DNA of 52,720 nucleotides from an uncultured Eubacteriales bacterium (lineage in GTDB: Bacteria > Bacillota > Clostridia > Oscillospirales > Acutalibacteraceae): positions 1-52,720 of the forward strand of contig CAKVBG010000001.1 in assembly GCA_934725345.1 (NCBI GenBank). The letters are read 5' to 3'. This document shows, piece after piece, positions 1-7,122 of this stretch. The notes beneath the pieces were generated by a model. That model saw nothing but the letters and a program-made list of their open reading frames with translations. It was not told the DNA's origin and made no database searches. A program made the position numbers and the translations under genes. Every line of letters begins with the position of its first letter. The first letter of the stretch is position 1.

Positions 1-77
1 TTTTTTTCTTCTTCTTCCATTTCTTCTGCTATATTAAATCCAAACAATTCCATCTGCATTTCCTGTAGTTCATTTAG
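1..77. repeat. Terminal direct repeat: bases 1-77 are identical to 52644-52720 (circular-assembly overlap or short terminal redundancy)
   Basis: Read directly: the first 77 nt (tttttttcttcttcttccatttcttctgc...gtagttcatttag) recur exactly as the last 77 nt. Merging the copies keeps the ParB-like ORF in frame (398 + 343 nt = 247 codons). Confidence 0.95.
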
Positions 78-398
78 TTCTTGTTCTAATAGTACATTAT
101 CCCATTCACTTTCATTCAATTTGTTATCTACTAACCTATAAGCTTTTATTTGTTCTTCTGTAAGTTCTTCTAGCATTACTGTTGGTACATTTTTTAACCC
201 TGCTTTCTTAGCTCCTAGGATTCTACCATGCCCTGCTACTACACTCATGTTCTTATCAATAATTACTGGCTGTGTAAAACCAAACTCTTTAATACTGTTT
301 GCTATTTTTTCCACCTGTTCTTTTGTATGTTTCTTTGCGTTCTTTTTATAGGGTTTCAAATCCTTTATCTGCCTATATACTATGTTTAATTTCTGCAT
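1..398 (-). CDS. ParB/Srx-like N-terminal domain protein, 5' part (continues across the circular junction into 52643-52301; 246 aa in total)
   Basis: ATG at 398-396 with AAGGAG 6 nt upstream. MQKLNIVYRQIKDLKPYKKNAKKHTKEQVEKIANSIKEFGFTQPVIIDKNMSVVAGHGRILGAKKAGLKNVPTVML fits the ParB N-terminal pattern (SI..FG, P.I.D, GHGR, VP). The frame is open to base 1. Confidence 0.75.
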   Translation of the reverse strand, partial: MQKLNIVYRQIKDLKPYKKNAKKHTKEQVEKIANSIKEFGFTQPVIIDKNMSVVAGHGRILGAKKAGLKNVPTVMLEELTEEQIKAYRLVDNKLNESEWDNVLLEQELNELQEMQMELFGFNIAEEMEEEEK

Positions 399-485
399 TT
401 GTTTCTCCTTTCTGTTCTGTTTTATGTTTTGTTCTAGGTTTACTGTAGTATATTTTATATTCTTTTTATATACTTTCTTAATACT

Positions 486-671
486 CTAGCACATATAATA
501 GCCTTTTTCTATTACCATATCATATTGCTGTTCATTTAGTGTTATTTTTGTTTGTTTTCTTATATCTCCACAACAATCTGTATCACATATAAGCTTATAG
601 AATTTCATACCTTCATAGTTTATTTCTTTTACACTTGTAATATTATATACATACTTTTCTAAAAGGTTCAT
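486..671 (-). CDS. hypothetical small protein (61 aa)
   Basis: ATG at 671 with AAGGAG 8 nt upstream. Contains the Cys cluster CDTDCCGD. No family recognised. Confidence 0.6.
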   Translation of the reverse strand: MNLLEKYVYNITSVKEINYEGMKFYKLICDTDCCGDIRKQTKITLNEQQYDMVIEKGYYMC

Positions 672-684
672 AGCTATACTCCTT

Positions 685-993
685 TTACTTCTGTACTAAC
701 CTTTGTTCTGTTCTTTTGTATTTCTCTTGCTTAATTTGTTCTATCTGGTTTTGCTTTTCTTCACCTAACAGATATTTAATTTGTGCTAAACATATTTCTA
801 CGTCTGCTATTTCTTCTGTTATTCCATACATTACTGTTGGTTCTTTTGTTTTACAAGTTTTGTCTTTTGATTTTATTCTTTGATATTTACAGAATGCCTG
901 TGTAAGTTCTGCCATTTCTTCTGTACACTGTACCATTCTATTTTCTAGTGTAAATTGTTCTGCTTGTTTCTGAATATCATATAATATACCCAT
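685..993 (-). CDS. MazG-like all-alpha nucleotide pyrophosphohydrolase (putative)
   Basis: 102 aa helical protein with paired acidic motifs TEEMAELTQA and TEEIADVEICL, which resemble the EExxE / ExxD metal sites of the MazG family. Confidence 0.5.
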   Translation of the reverse strand: MGILYDIQKQAEQFTLENRMVQCTEEMAELTQAFCKYQRIKSKDKTCKTKEPTVMYGITEEIADVEICLAQIKYLLGEEKQNQIEQIKQEKYKRTEQRLVQK

Positions 994-994
994 T

Positions 995-1147
995 TTATTT
1001 TTGTTCCCTTCTTCTTAAATTCATCCATGCTATTACATTTTGAACTATCTTATGTTCTAATGCTTCTTCATATTTTATATTATGTTTTGTTGCATACTTA
1101 GTAACATAATCATGGATTGCTTTTTGGTCTTGTTCCATTGTTCCCAT
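995..1147 (-). CDS. hypothetical small protein (50 aa)
   Basis: Below the track cutoff. ATG at 1147 directly abuts the TAA of the upstream gene (TAAATG). Translation: MGTMEQDQKAIHDYVTKYATKHNIKYEEALEHKIVQNVIAWMNLRRREQK. Confidence 0.4.
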   Translation of the reverse strand: MGTMEQDQKAIHDYVTKYATKHNIKYEEALEHKIVQNVIAWMNLRRREQK

Positions 1148-1471
1148 TTATTCACCACTTTCTGTATCCAATATTATTTCTGTTTCGTTATTGCTATTTT
1201 GTTTTATTTTTACTGTTCCATATGCTTCTAATATGGTTTCTTTTGTTCTGCTTTCTGGTTTATAACCTAATACTTTTACTGTTGCTTTATTATGATTCTG
1301 TATATGTAGTGTAAAAGTATTTTGTTTTGTTTGCTGTTTATATTCATTTACTGCATTTTGTTTTACTTTATATATTACTCTGTCCATTTTCATGGAAAAC
1401 TGTCCACTTATTATAAACACTATTCCTAACAGAATCATCATCAGAGATAGTTTCTTTAATTTCCTGTTCAT
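1148..1471 (-). CDS. secreted or membrane-anchored hypothetical protein (107 aa)
   Basis: ATG at 1471 with an AGGGAG SD. N-terminal signal/anchor MNRKLKKLSLMMILLGIVFIISG. The track start at 1522 lies inside the promoter. Confidence 0.6.
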   Translation of the reverse strand: MNRKLKKLSLMMILLGIVFIISGQFSMKMDRVIYKVKQNAVNEYKQQTKQNTFTLHIQNHNKATVKVLGYKPESRTKETILEAYGTVKIKQNSNNETEIILDTESGE

Positions 1472-1493
1472 ATTATCTCCCTTTATAATATAT

Positions 1494-1522
1494 ATTATAT
1501 AATATAACAAAATATATGTCAA
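1494..1522 (-). promoter_or_regulatory. sigma-A/sigma-70-type promoter
   Basis: Minus strand reads TTGACA(1522-1517)-tatattttgttatatta-TATAAT(1499-1494). Confidence 0.75.
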
Positions 1523-1538
1523 GTATTATTTTAAAATA

Positions 1539-1724
1539 TTATATAAAAATTTTATTTTCTTTTACGTGTTCCTTTATCCATTGTAGTTCTGACTTGCTTT
1601 CTAATGCCCCTAGTTTGCGATTTAAGCCATTTTTATTATTTATGCTAGGATTTATCCTATTTATTGCATTTAACCGCTTATTTTCCCTATGAAACACTTC
1701 TAGGATATTATTCATAGATTTCAT
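1539..1724 (-). CDS. hypothetical small protein (61 aa, start uncertain)
   Basis: ATG at 1724 overlaps the end of the upstream gene. SD is weak (GGGG). The track extension to 1796 runs deep into the upstream ORF. Confidence 0.35.
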   Translation of the reverse strand: MKSMNNILEVFHRENKRLNAINRINPSINNKNGLNRKLGALESKSELQWIKEHVKENKIFI

Positions 1725-2220
1725 TGCCCCAATCGTCATTGCCCTCTTCTTCCATCCAATCCTCTGTATTTTCTGCTTTCCAGATTTCTTTTTCATCTTC
1801 TTCTGTTGGTGTATAACTTTCTCCCTGTGCTACAAGATTTATTGTAACATTGTTTTGTATCTTTCCTGTTTTCTTGAACATATCAAGCTTATCCATCATT
1901 TGTGTTATTTCTTTTATTGCTCCTACGTCACCCGTTAAACCTTTTTGGAATAATGCAACCATCAGCAATGACTGGTTTGTTAATTCTTCATCAGTAAAAC
2001 CAAAATTTCTTAAAATCTGTTTTTTCTTGTCACTATTTGTTTTCATTTCTAGCAACTGCCGCATGCAGTTTTGTAAAGCCATATTACGTTCCTTTTTCTT
2101 TCTTCTGGCTTCTACACCTTTCATTGCTATTTCATGCCGTTCTTCTGGCGTTCTGTCTTTCATGTTGATTAACATATCTTCAAGATATGGCTTTGGTGCT
2201 TGTCCTTTTTTCAATCCCAT
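1708..2220 (-). CDS. helical protein with an acidic DDW tail; weak resemblance to small-terminase-type DNA-binding proteins
   Basis: ATG at 2220 with an AGGAG SD. The core SLLMVALFQKGLTGDVGAIKEI resembles a motif I recall from terminase small subunits. The C-terminus is EEEGNDDWGNEIYE. The function call is weak. Confidence 0.4.
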   Translation of the reverse strand: MGLKKGQAPKPYLEDMLINMKDRTPEERHEIAMKGVEARRKKKERNMALQNCMRQLLEMKTNSDKKKQILRNFGFTDEELTNQSLLMVALFQKGLTGDVGAIKEITQMMDKLDMFKKTGKIQNNVTINLVAQGESYTPTEEDEKEIWKAENTEDWMEEEGNDDWGNEIYE

Positions 2221-2251
2221 ATTTTGCTCTCTCCTATCTTCTTTGTTTTTA

Positions 2252-2281
2252 TATTAAAATAAGCAGGGGAAAGCCCCTGCT
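2252..2281 (-). terminator. intrinsic terminator placed immediately upstream of the RBS of CDS 1708-2220
   Basis: Minus RNA: AGCAGGGG-cuuu-CCCCUGCU (8 bp, GC-rich) followed by UAUUUUAAUAU. Confidence 0.7.
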
Positions 2282-2446
2282 ATATACTAAACCTTATTGT
2301 CTTAGAGCGATTGAACAAATGAATCTTTATTAACAGTTACTTACCAATTACGAAGGGGGCAAACAATAAGGTTTATCACTTCTTTGGTGGCTGACATTCT
2401 TTGGCTGTCACTTATTTATAACTATCCTTTTATAACTCCTATGATT
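2282..2446 (-). promoter_or_regulatory. structured 5' leader / candidate riboswitch-attenuator or small RNA (about 160 nt)
   Basis: Lies between promoter 2447-2475 and terminator 2252-2281 with no credible ORF. A perfect 13-bp inverted repeat (2288-2300 / 2363-2375) encloses 62 nt. The GCCCCC run (complement of 2355-2360) can compete for the terminator GGGG arm. Confidence 0.5.
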
Positions 2447-2475
2447 ATATTACCATAGAAATTAGTGTATGTCAA
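2447..2475 (-). promoter_or_regulatory. sigma-A/sigma-70-type promoter
   Basis: TTGACA(2475-2470)-tacactaatttctatgg-TAATAT(2452-2447), with a TGg extended -10. Confidence 0.7.
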
Positions 2476-2672
2476 TGCTCTTTTGTAAATTTCTTTAATC
2501 TTTCTTTTGTCATTGTATAGTATGCGCTGTTAAAATTACAACTTTCTTTTTGCTTCTGCTTTACTCGCTCTTTTCGTATCCTTTCAACAACCTTTTGAAA
2601 TTCTTTGTATCTTTCACAGCTTATGTGGCACTCTGCATTTCTTTCCGTACAACCATTACACGGTATCACCAT
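2472..2672 (-). CDS. hypothetical Cys-rich small protein (66 aa)
   Basis: ATG at 2672. PCNGCTERNAECHISC cluster followed by a basic tail. The stop overlaps the -35 of the downstream promoter. Confidence 0.55.
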   Translation of the reverse strand: MVIPCNGCTERNAECHISCERYKEFQKVVERIRKERVKQKQKESCNFNSAYYTMTKERLKKFTKEH

Positions 2673-3069
2673 CTTTTATCAATCCTTTATTTCTTAGATA
2701 TGTTTCTACGTCACATAGATATAATATTGCTTCTTGCATATCTTCATCCTTTATATGTATAAATCCATTATCATCTACAATTGTATACCTATGTATAGGT
2801 ATTGGAAAACCTCTTTCACTTACATTATTTAGTTTATATCCCACTTCCTTAATATACTTTGTAATGGCAGATATCAAAACCATTGCTATTAACATTTGTG
2901 GAATTGTAAACCTTAAATACATAAATAATACCGGTACTGCAATTTGTACAATGATTGCTATTTTTCCGAGTTCTTCTATTACTGCATACTTTAATGTTGT
3001 GAGTAACTCTGCAAGTACCTCTATAAGCGTCTTAAATACACCTACATTGGTTTTTTTTACATTCTTCAT
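2656..3069 (-). CDS. hypothetical membrane protein (137 aa)
   Basis: ATG at 3069. Hydrophobic helices IAIIVQIAVPVLFMYL and MLIAMVLISAI. Confidence 0.6.
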   Translation of the reverse strand: MKNVKKTNVGVFKTLIEVLAELLTTLKYAVIEELGKIAIIVQIAVPVLFMYLRFTIPQMLIAMVLISAITKYIKEVGYKLNNVSERGFPIPIHRYTIVDDNGFIHIKDEDMQEAILYLCDVETYLRNKGLIKDGDTV

Positions 3070-3431
3070 AGTATTTTACCTTTCATTCCTTCTTTTAATA
3101 ATTTAAGTCTATCTTCCAACCTTTTTCTATATGGTTTTATCTTGCATCCTTCACACATATATTTGTTTTCTGATAAAAATAAATTGTGTGTTACCTCTTT
3201 ACATATTGCACAATTCTTTTCGTGTACTTCATTTTCTTCTGCCGATACATATACTTTTAATACCACAATATATGTGTTTTGTGTTCTCTTCTTCTGAATT
3301 GAATATGTAATATTATCGCTGTTATTTACTGCTATAATGTTTGTACTCACCCATTTACAACAATTCAAATAAGCTTCTTTCATATTCTTTCCAGAAAACT
3401 CTTTCTCTATTACTTTCTCACTTATTAACAT
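3066..3431 (-). CDS. hypothetical protein with CxxC pairs (121 aa)
   Basis: ATG at 3431 with a GGAGG SD, 5 nt after the RNase H stop. Contains CAICKE and CEGCK. The track start at 3473 overlaps rnhA. Confidence 0.55.
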   Translation of the reverse strand: MLISEKVIEKEFSGKNMKEAYLNCCKWVSTNIIAVNNSDNITYSIQKKRTQNTYIVVLKVYVSAEENEVHEKNCAICKEVTHNLFLSENKYMCEGCKIKPYRKRLEDRLKLLKEGMKGKIL

Positions 3432-3436
3432 TTTGT

Positions 3437-3910
3437 TTAGTCCTCCAACTCTTCTCGAGCCTTTACTGCACATTTATCAGCTAATTCATTTAATGGGTCA
3501 CCTTTATGTCCTGCAACCTTTACCATCTTAATTGTAAGCTTTTTCGTGTACACCAATTTAAACATTTTCTCCCATATGTTTTTGTTTTTCACTGGTTTAT
3601 TCTCTGCTGTTTTCCAATCATTGTTATACCAATTTAAAAGCCAACCTTTTGTTATAGCGTTCACAACATACGCACTATCACTGAATATTGTCACCTTTTT
3701 ATATCCCTCTTTTAAGGCTTTTACTAACGCCATATATACCGCTGTAAGCTCCATTTCATTGTTCGTAGTATATTCTTTAGAACCCTTCTTAATATCTACA
3801 TTTACGTACTCATTAACAACCTTTACAGCTACATACGCCCACCCACCTTTAGCATCCTTGCTACCATTATTAGAACAAGCACCATCTGTATAAAAATAAA
3901 TATCACTCAT
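3437..3910 (-). CDS. rnhA: ribonuclease HI
   Basis: IYFYTDGACSNNG..GGWAYV, NNEMELTAVYMAL, TIFSDSAYVVNAI and AGHKGDPLNELADKCA give the RNase HI D-E-D-H-D catalytic pattern. AAGGAG SD. Confidence 0.9.
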   Translation of the reverse strand: MSDIYFYTDGACSNNGSKDAKGGWAYVAVKVVNEYVNVDIKKGSKEYTTNNEMELTAVYMALVKALKEGYKKVTIFSDSAYVVNAITKGWLLNWYNNDWKTAENKPVKNKNIWEKMFKLVYTKKLTIKMVKVAGHKGDPLNELADKCAVKAREELED

Positions 3911-4274
3911 TTTCTTTTTTCTCCTTCATTATCTCCGCATATACCTTTATTAACAACTTTGCTTCAATTTCCCATAATGTTTTTCCATATACATATCCAA
4001 CCCACTCTCGTTTAGAATTTAAAACAGAACAGTTGTAATAAATAAAATCATCATTTTCCCAATATTCTTTTATACCTTGCTGGCTATATCCATATCTCTT
4101 ACAAATACCATGTACTAACTGTTCTATCAATTCTAATGGTATTAACTGTGTTTTTGTATAATTATTCTTTTCAAATAACTTTTTTGCAGGTTTTATTTTC
4201 CACAAAAATTTGTTTAATTCCTTTTTGTTTTCTTCAATTCTGCAATCAATGTCTAAAATTTGTTTTGCGTTCAT
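3903..4274 (-). CDS. hypothetical protein (123 aa)
   Basis: ATG at 4274 with an AGGAG SD. No motif recognised. Confidence 0.6.
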   Translation of the reverse strand: MNAKQILDIDCRIEENKKELNKFLWKIKPAKKLFEKNNYTKTQLIPLELIEQLVHGICKRYGYSQQGIKEYWENDDFIYYNCSVLNSKREWVGYVYGKTLWEIEAKLLIKVYAEIMKEKKENE

Positions 4275-4284
4275 TTGTTTCTCC

Positions 4285-4328
4285 TAAAATAAATAGCAGG
4301 ATGAATAGATTTGTTCCTACCATCCTGC
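4285..4328 (-). terminator. terminator-like hairpin directly upstream of the RBS of CDS 3903-4274
   Basis: Minus RNA: GCAGGAUG-17 nt loop-CAUCCUGC followed by UAUUUAUUUU. The large loop probably makes it only partially efficient. Confidence 0.5.
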
Positions 4329-4492
4329 CAATTGTGATTTACTATTTAGTTAGAGTATTCATTTACTTTCAATAACTTTTGTATTGTATGATTATTAGCT
4401 CAATTTTGAAATTTTAAAAAACGTTCAGATATATTATATTGTAGTTTCAACACATCATCATAGTGCTTTGTTTACATGTTACATTTTAACGA

Positions 4493-5239
4493 CTAGATTT
4501 CCCAATCGTCATCGTCCTCTTCTTCTGTTTCTTCCTCATCTTTTGCGTCATCAGCTTTCAGCATATCTGCATATACATCTGGCTTCTGTTTCGGTTTTAC
4601 TTTCAGACCTCTTTCTTTACACATCTTGAAAAGTTCCATAGCTGTTTTACCTGCATACGGGTCTGTTGCTTCTTCCTCTTCATCTTCTCCCCAATCTTCG
4701 TCCTCTTCTTCGACTGGTTCTGTTTTTTTAGCGGTTTTCTTCGGTGTAGCTTTCTTTTCTTCTTTTGCTTTTCCTTTTCCCTTTGTAGGTTCGATTTCAC
4801 CGTTATCAAGCTTTTCTAACAGCTTAATGAGTTCATCCTTTTTGCGACTCTTGCACAAAGATGAAATACCACGCTTACAACACAGCGCATAGAGGTCTTT
4901 TGCTGTCATTGACTCATAGGTGCTTTCCTCTTCATCATCTGTCCAGTCCTCTTCTTCCTCTTCTGTTTCCTGCTTCTTTGCTTTGCTTTTCTTCGGTGCT
5001 TCTTCTTCCTGTGGAATTTCCATTTCTGGTTCTTCTGTTTCCATTTCTTTAAGTCCTGTTTCTACAACTCTTGCTGTAGTTTTTGGAAGTGCTTTCAAAA
5101 TGTCTAACAGATATTCATTATCTGCGAGCGCTACCGTTCTAGTAAAAAGTGGGAATCTACTTCCAATCTCTGCAATGTTTTCTTTGTTGTTTCCATAAAT
5201 TTCTTTTGCGGCTTCATATGCCGTCCAATTCTTTGCCAT
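4493..5239 (-). CDS. highly acidic/basic mosaic protein with two HeH/SAP-like motifs and a DDDDWEI tail (248 aa)
   Basis: First gene after promoter 5292-5320; AAGGAG SD. HeH motifs: TAKDLYALCCKRGISSLCKSRKKDELIKLLEKL and TAMELFKMCKERGLKVKPKQKPDVYADMLKA. Also contains E/D runs and the K-rich segment KGKGKAKEEKKATPKKTAKK. Confidence 0.65.
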   Translation of the reverse strand: MAKNWTAYEAAKEIYGNNKENIAEIGSRFPLFTRTVALADNEYLLDILKALPKTTARVVETGLKEMETEEPEMEIPQEEEAPKKSKAKKQETEEEEEDWTDDEEESTYESMTAKDLYALCCKRGISSLCKSRKKDELIKLLEKLDNGEIEPTKGKGKAKEEKKATPKKTAKKTEPVEEEDEDWGEDEEEEATDPYAGKTAMELFKMCKERGLKVKPKQKPDVYADMLKADDAKDEEETEEEDDDDWEI

Positions 5240-5291
5240 AACGTTATTCTCCTTTTCTTCTCTTATTGTTTCTCTTTGTTATGTTGTATCT

Positions 5292-5320
5292 ATATTAACA
5301 TATTTTATACTATATGTCAA
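5292..5320 (-). promoter_or_regulatory. sigma-A/sigma-70-type promoter
   Basis: TTGACA(5320-5315)-tatagtataaaatatgt-TAATAT(5297-5292), with a TGt extension. Confidence 0.75.
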
Positions 5321-5329
5321 TACCTTTTA

Positions 5330-5596
5330 TCAACTTTCTGGCTTTTTAGGTTCTGTTTTCTTGATTGCTTCATCTATACATTCCCTTAACTGTATAAGTC
5401 CTTTATCATCAATCAATCCTAGACCACCTTTGAGAAAGATTCTTACTTCTTTTCCATTTTCTTCTGTTACAAGCTGTTCTGTAACTGCATAACCTTCTAA
5501 ATCATTTGTTTTAGCATTTCTTGCTTCTGATATTACAATGTTACGCTGTTCCTTAAAACGTCTTTTAGAAAGTTCATTGTAGTTTAATCGTCCCAT
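5330..5596 (-). CDS. hypothetical protein (88 aa)
   Basis: ATG at 5596 overlaps the end of the upstream gene. No motif recognised. Confidence 0.5.
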   Translation of the reverse strand: MGRLNYNELSKRRFKEQRNIVISEARNAKTNDLEGYAVTEQLVTEENGKEVRIFLKGGLGLIDDKGLIQLRECIDEAIKKTEPKKPES

Positions 5597-5979
5597 TCTC
5601 CTGCACCCCTTTCACTTTCTTCTACACTTGTGTCGGGAAGTTCAATAATAGCTTGGAATCTCAATTGTATCAATTCTTCATCAACCAAACTGCAAATACT
5701 TTCTACATTTACATTATCTGTTAATGATTTAAAAGGAATTGTTGCATTACCATCCTTATCAAAGTTAATTGCACCGATTGTAAAAATACCTAGATTCATT
5801 GGTTTCTTATCTGGTACTTTTGCATGAAGTGTAATATCATTGTTAAGACCTTGTAACAATTCAACGCTTGTAAGAATTTCATCATACCGAAGTTTAAATT
5901 TTACTTGGATTGTTTTATTCTTTCCAATGCTCATTCCTTCAAATGAAGCAATACCCTGCTGTTTTAATTTTCTCTCCAT
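5584..5979 (-). CDS. hypothetical protein (131 aa) ending in GAGEWDD
   Basis: ATG at 5979 with a strong AAGGAGGAAGGAAAG SD. Acidic, Trp-containing C-terminus. Confidence 0.6.
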   Translation of the reverse strand: MERKLKQQGIASFEGMSIGKNKTIQVKFKLRYDEILTSVELLQGLNNDITLHAKVPDKKPMNLGIFTIGAINFDKDGNATIPFKSLTDNVNVESICSLVDEELIQLRFQAIIELPDTSVEESERGAGEWDD

Positions 5980-6512
5980 CTGCTTTCCTTCCTCCTTTCT
6001 TTGTTTTTCTTTTTAAACTCCTGTTCTCTTTCTGCTCTCTCCAATTCTTTCTGTTTCATGTAAGCCATTCTTGCTTTTATATTTTGGTTTACGTTGCTGT
6101 GCTTACAAATATTATTATACTTCTTTTCTTCTGCTTTGTCAATATTTTCTTCTTTATTTTCTAACAATGGAGATAATGGCATATCTGGCAATGTACCTCT
6201 CATAAGTGTTTTAAATGCCACTATATCACTTTCTTTTATTGCAACCCATACTTCATCCGTGTTTATGAATTGGAAAGCAAATACTGGCAATTTATGCGCT
6301 TCTATGGCTTGTGCTTCTAAATTATGTAATACACTTTGTTTAATGCTGAAGCTTTCATTGTCTGTACTTTTTAATTCACATAAACAATGCTCACTCTGTC
6401 CATCGGCTTTTTCAATCCATGTTGCACCACTGTTTCTTGTTGGTTTAAAACCTAAACGCTTCATTACTTCTTCTTCATTCTTCCTATACCATTTTGTACT
6501 ACGTTTCTGCAT
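5964..6512 (-). CDS. putative PD-(D/E)XK-type nuclease with a K/E-rich tail (182 aa)
   Basis: ATG at 6512 (AAGGGAG SD); the track start at 6515 is GTG. EKADGQSEHCLCELKST gives a D...E-x-K arrangement. The call is tentative. Confidence 0.4.
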   Translation of the reverse strand: MQKRSTKWYRKNEEEVMKRLGFKPTRNSGATWIEKADGQSEHCLCELKSTDNESFSIKQSVLHNLEAQAIEAHKLPVFAFQFINTDEVWVAIKESDIVAFKTLMRGTLPDMPLSPLLENKEENIDKAEEKKYNNICKHSNVNQNIKARMAYMKQKELERAEREQEFKKKNKERRKESRWREN

Positions 6513-6804
6513 CACGTTTCTCCCTTCGTTCTTTTATTTCCTTACACCGTTTTCTTTTATCACAGTTAATACATTCAGAAATACTTCTGTCATAATATCC
6601 GATACATCCATATTCACCGGTATATCCTTCTGTTTTTTTCTGTATTTCTTCCAATTCTGCCATCCTTTCTAATACTTCAACAATTTCCTGTGCCTTAATA
6701 ATGTCAATACTTGCACATTTTATACCAGATTCATAACTTGTTTCAATAGCTCTTTTTACCACACTACTAAGTACCAATAAATTATATTCTTTTACAATCT
6801 TCAT
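6499..6804 (-). CDS. hypothetical protein (101 aa) with a C-terminal Cys cluster
   Basis: ATG at 6804. Contains CIGYYDRSISECINCDKRKRC. Confidence 0.55.
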   Translation of the reverse strand: MKIVKEYNLLVLSSVVKRAIETSYESGIKCASIDIIKAQEIVEVLERMAELEEIQKKTEGYTGEYGCIGYYDRSISECINCDKRKRCKEIKERREKRDAET

Positions 6805-6810
6805 TTTGTT

Positions 6811-7122
6811 CTATTCCTTTCCTAAACTCATTGCTATCATTGTTATATAGTCTTTATCATCCTGTTTTAATCTATGCCATAAATCAAAACCTGTACTTCC
6901 ATCAAAATCATAGAACACATAATAATATTGTGTTTCCTGTAAAATATATAAGCAAACATCTTTTTGTAATTCTACAAGCTGTTTTGCAAATTCATCATAA
7001 CTTTTATCAGATATAATGCTAGTGTTTTGTTCATAATACAAATAACTATGTATCAATACTGCTCTTTGTAAAAACTCTATTCTTTCACGCATTGTCCAAT
7101 AAGTAGGAAATTTAATCCTCAT
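6811..7122 (-). CDS. hypothetical protein (103 aa) resembling NAD-ligase domain Ia
   Basis: ATG at 7122 with an AAAGGAAAGGA SD (the track start at 7167 is TTG). LIHSYLYYEQNTSIISDKSYDEFAKQLVELQ resembles the LigA N-terminal YY..D.P.ISD.EYD motif. Confidence 0.35.
   Translation of the reverse strand: MRIKFPTYWTMRERIEFLQRAVLIHSYLYYEQNTSIISDKSYDEFAKQLVELQKDVCLYILQETQYYYVFYDFDGSTGFDLWHRLKQDDKDYITMIAMSLGKE

Noticed and set aside
4336-4492. Candidate promoter (TTGAAA…TATAAT-like strings) upstream of hairpin 4285-4328
   Set aside because: No arrangement gives a -35/-10 pair with 16-18 nt spacing. The TATAAT at about 4427-4432 has no acceptable -35, unlike the 19 clear promoters elsewhere.
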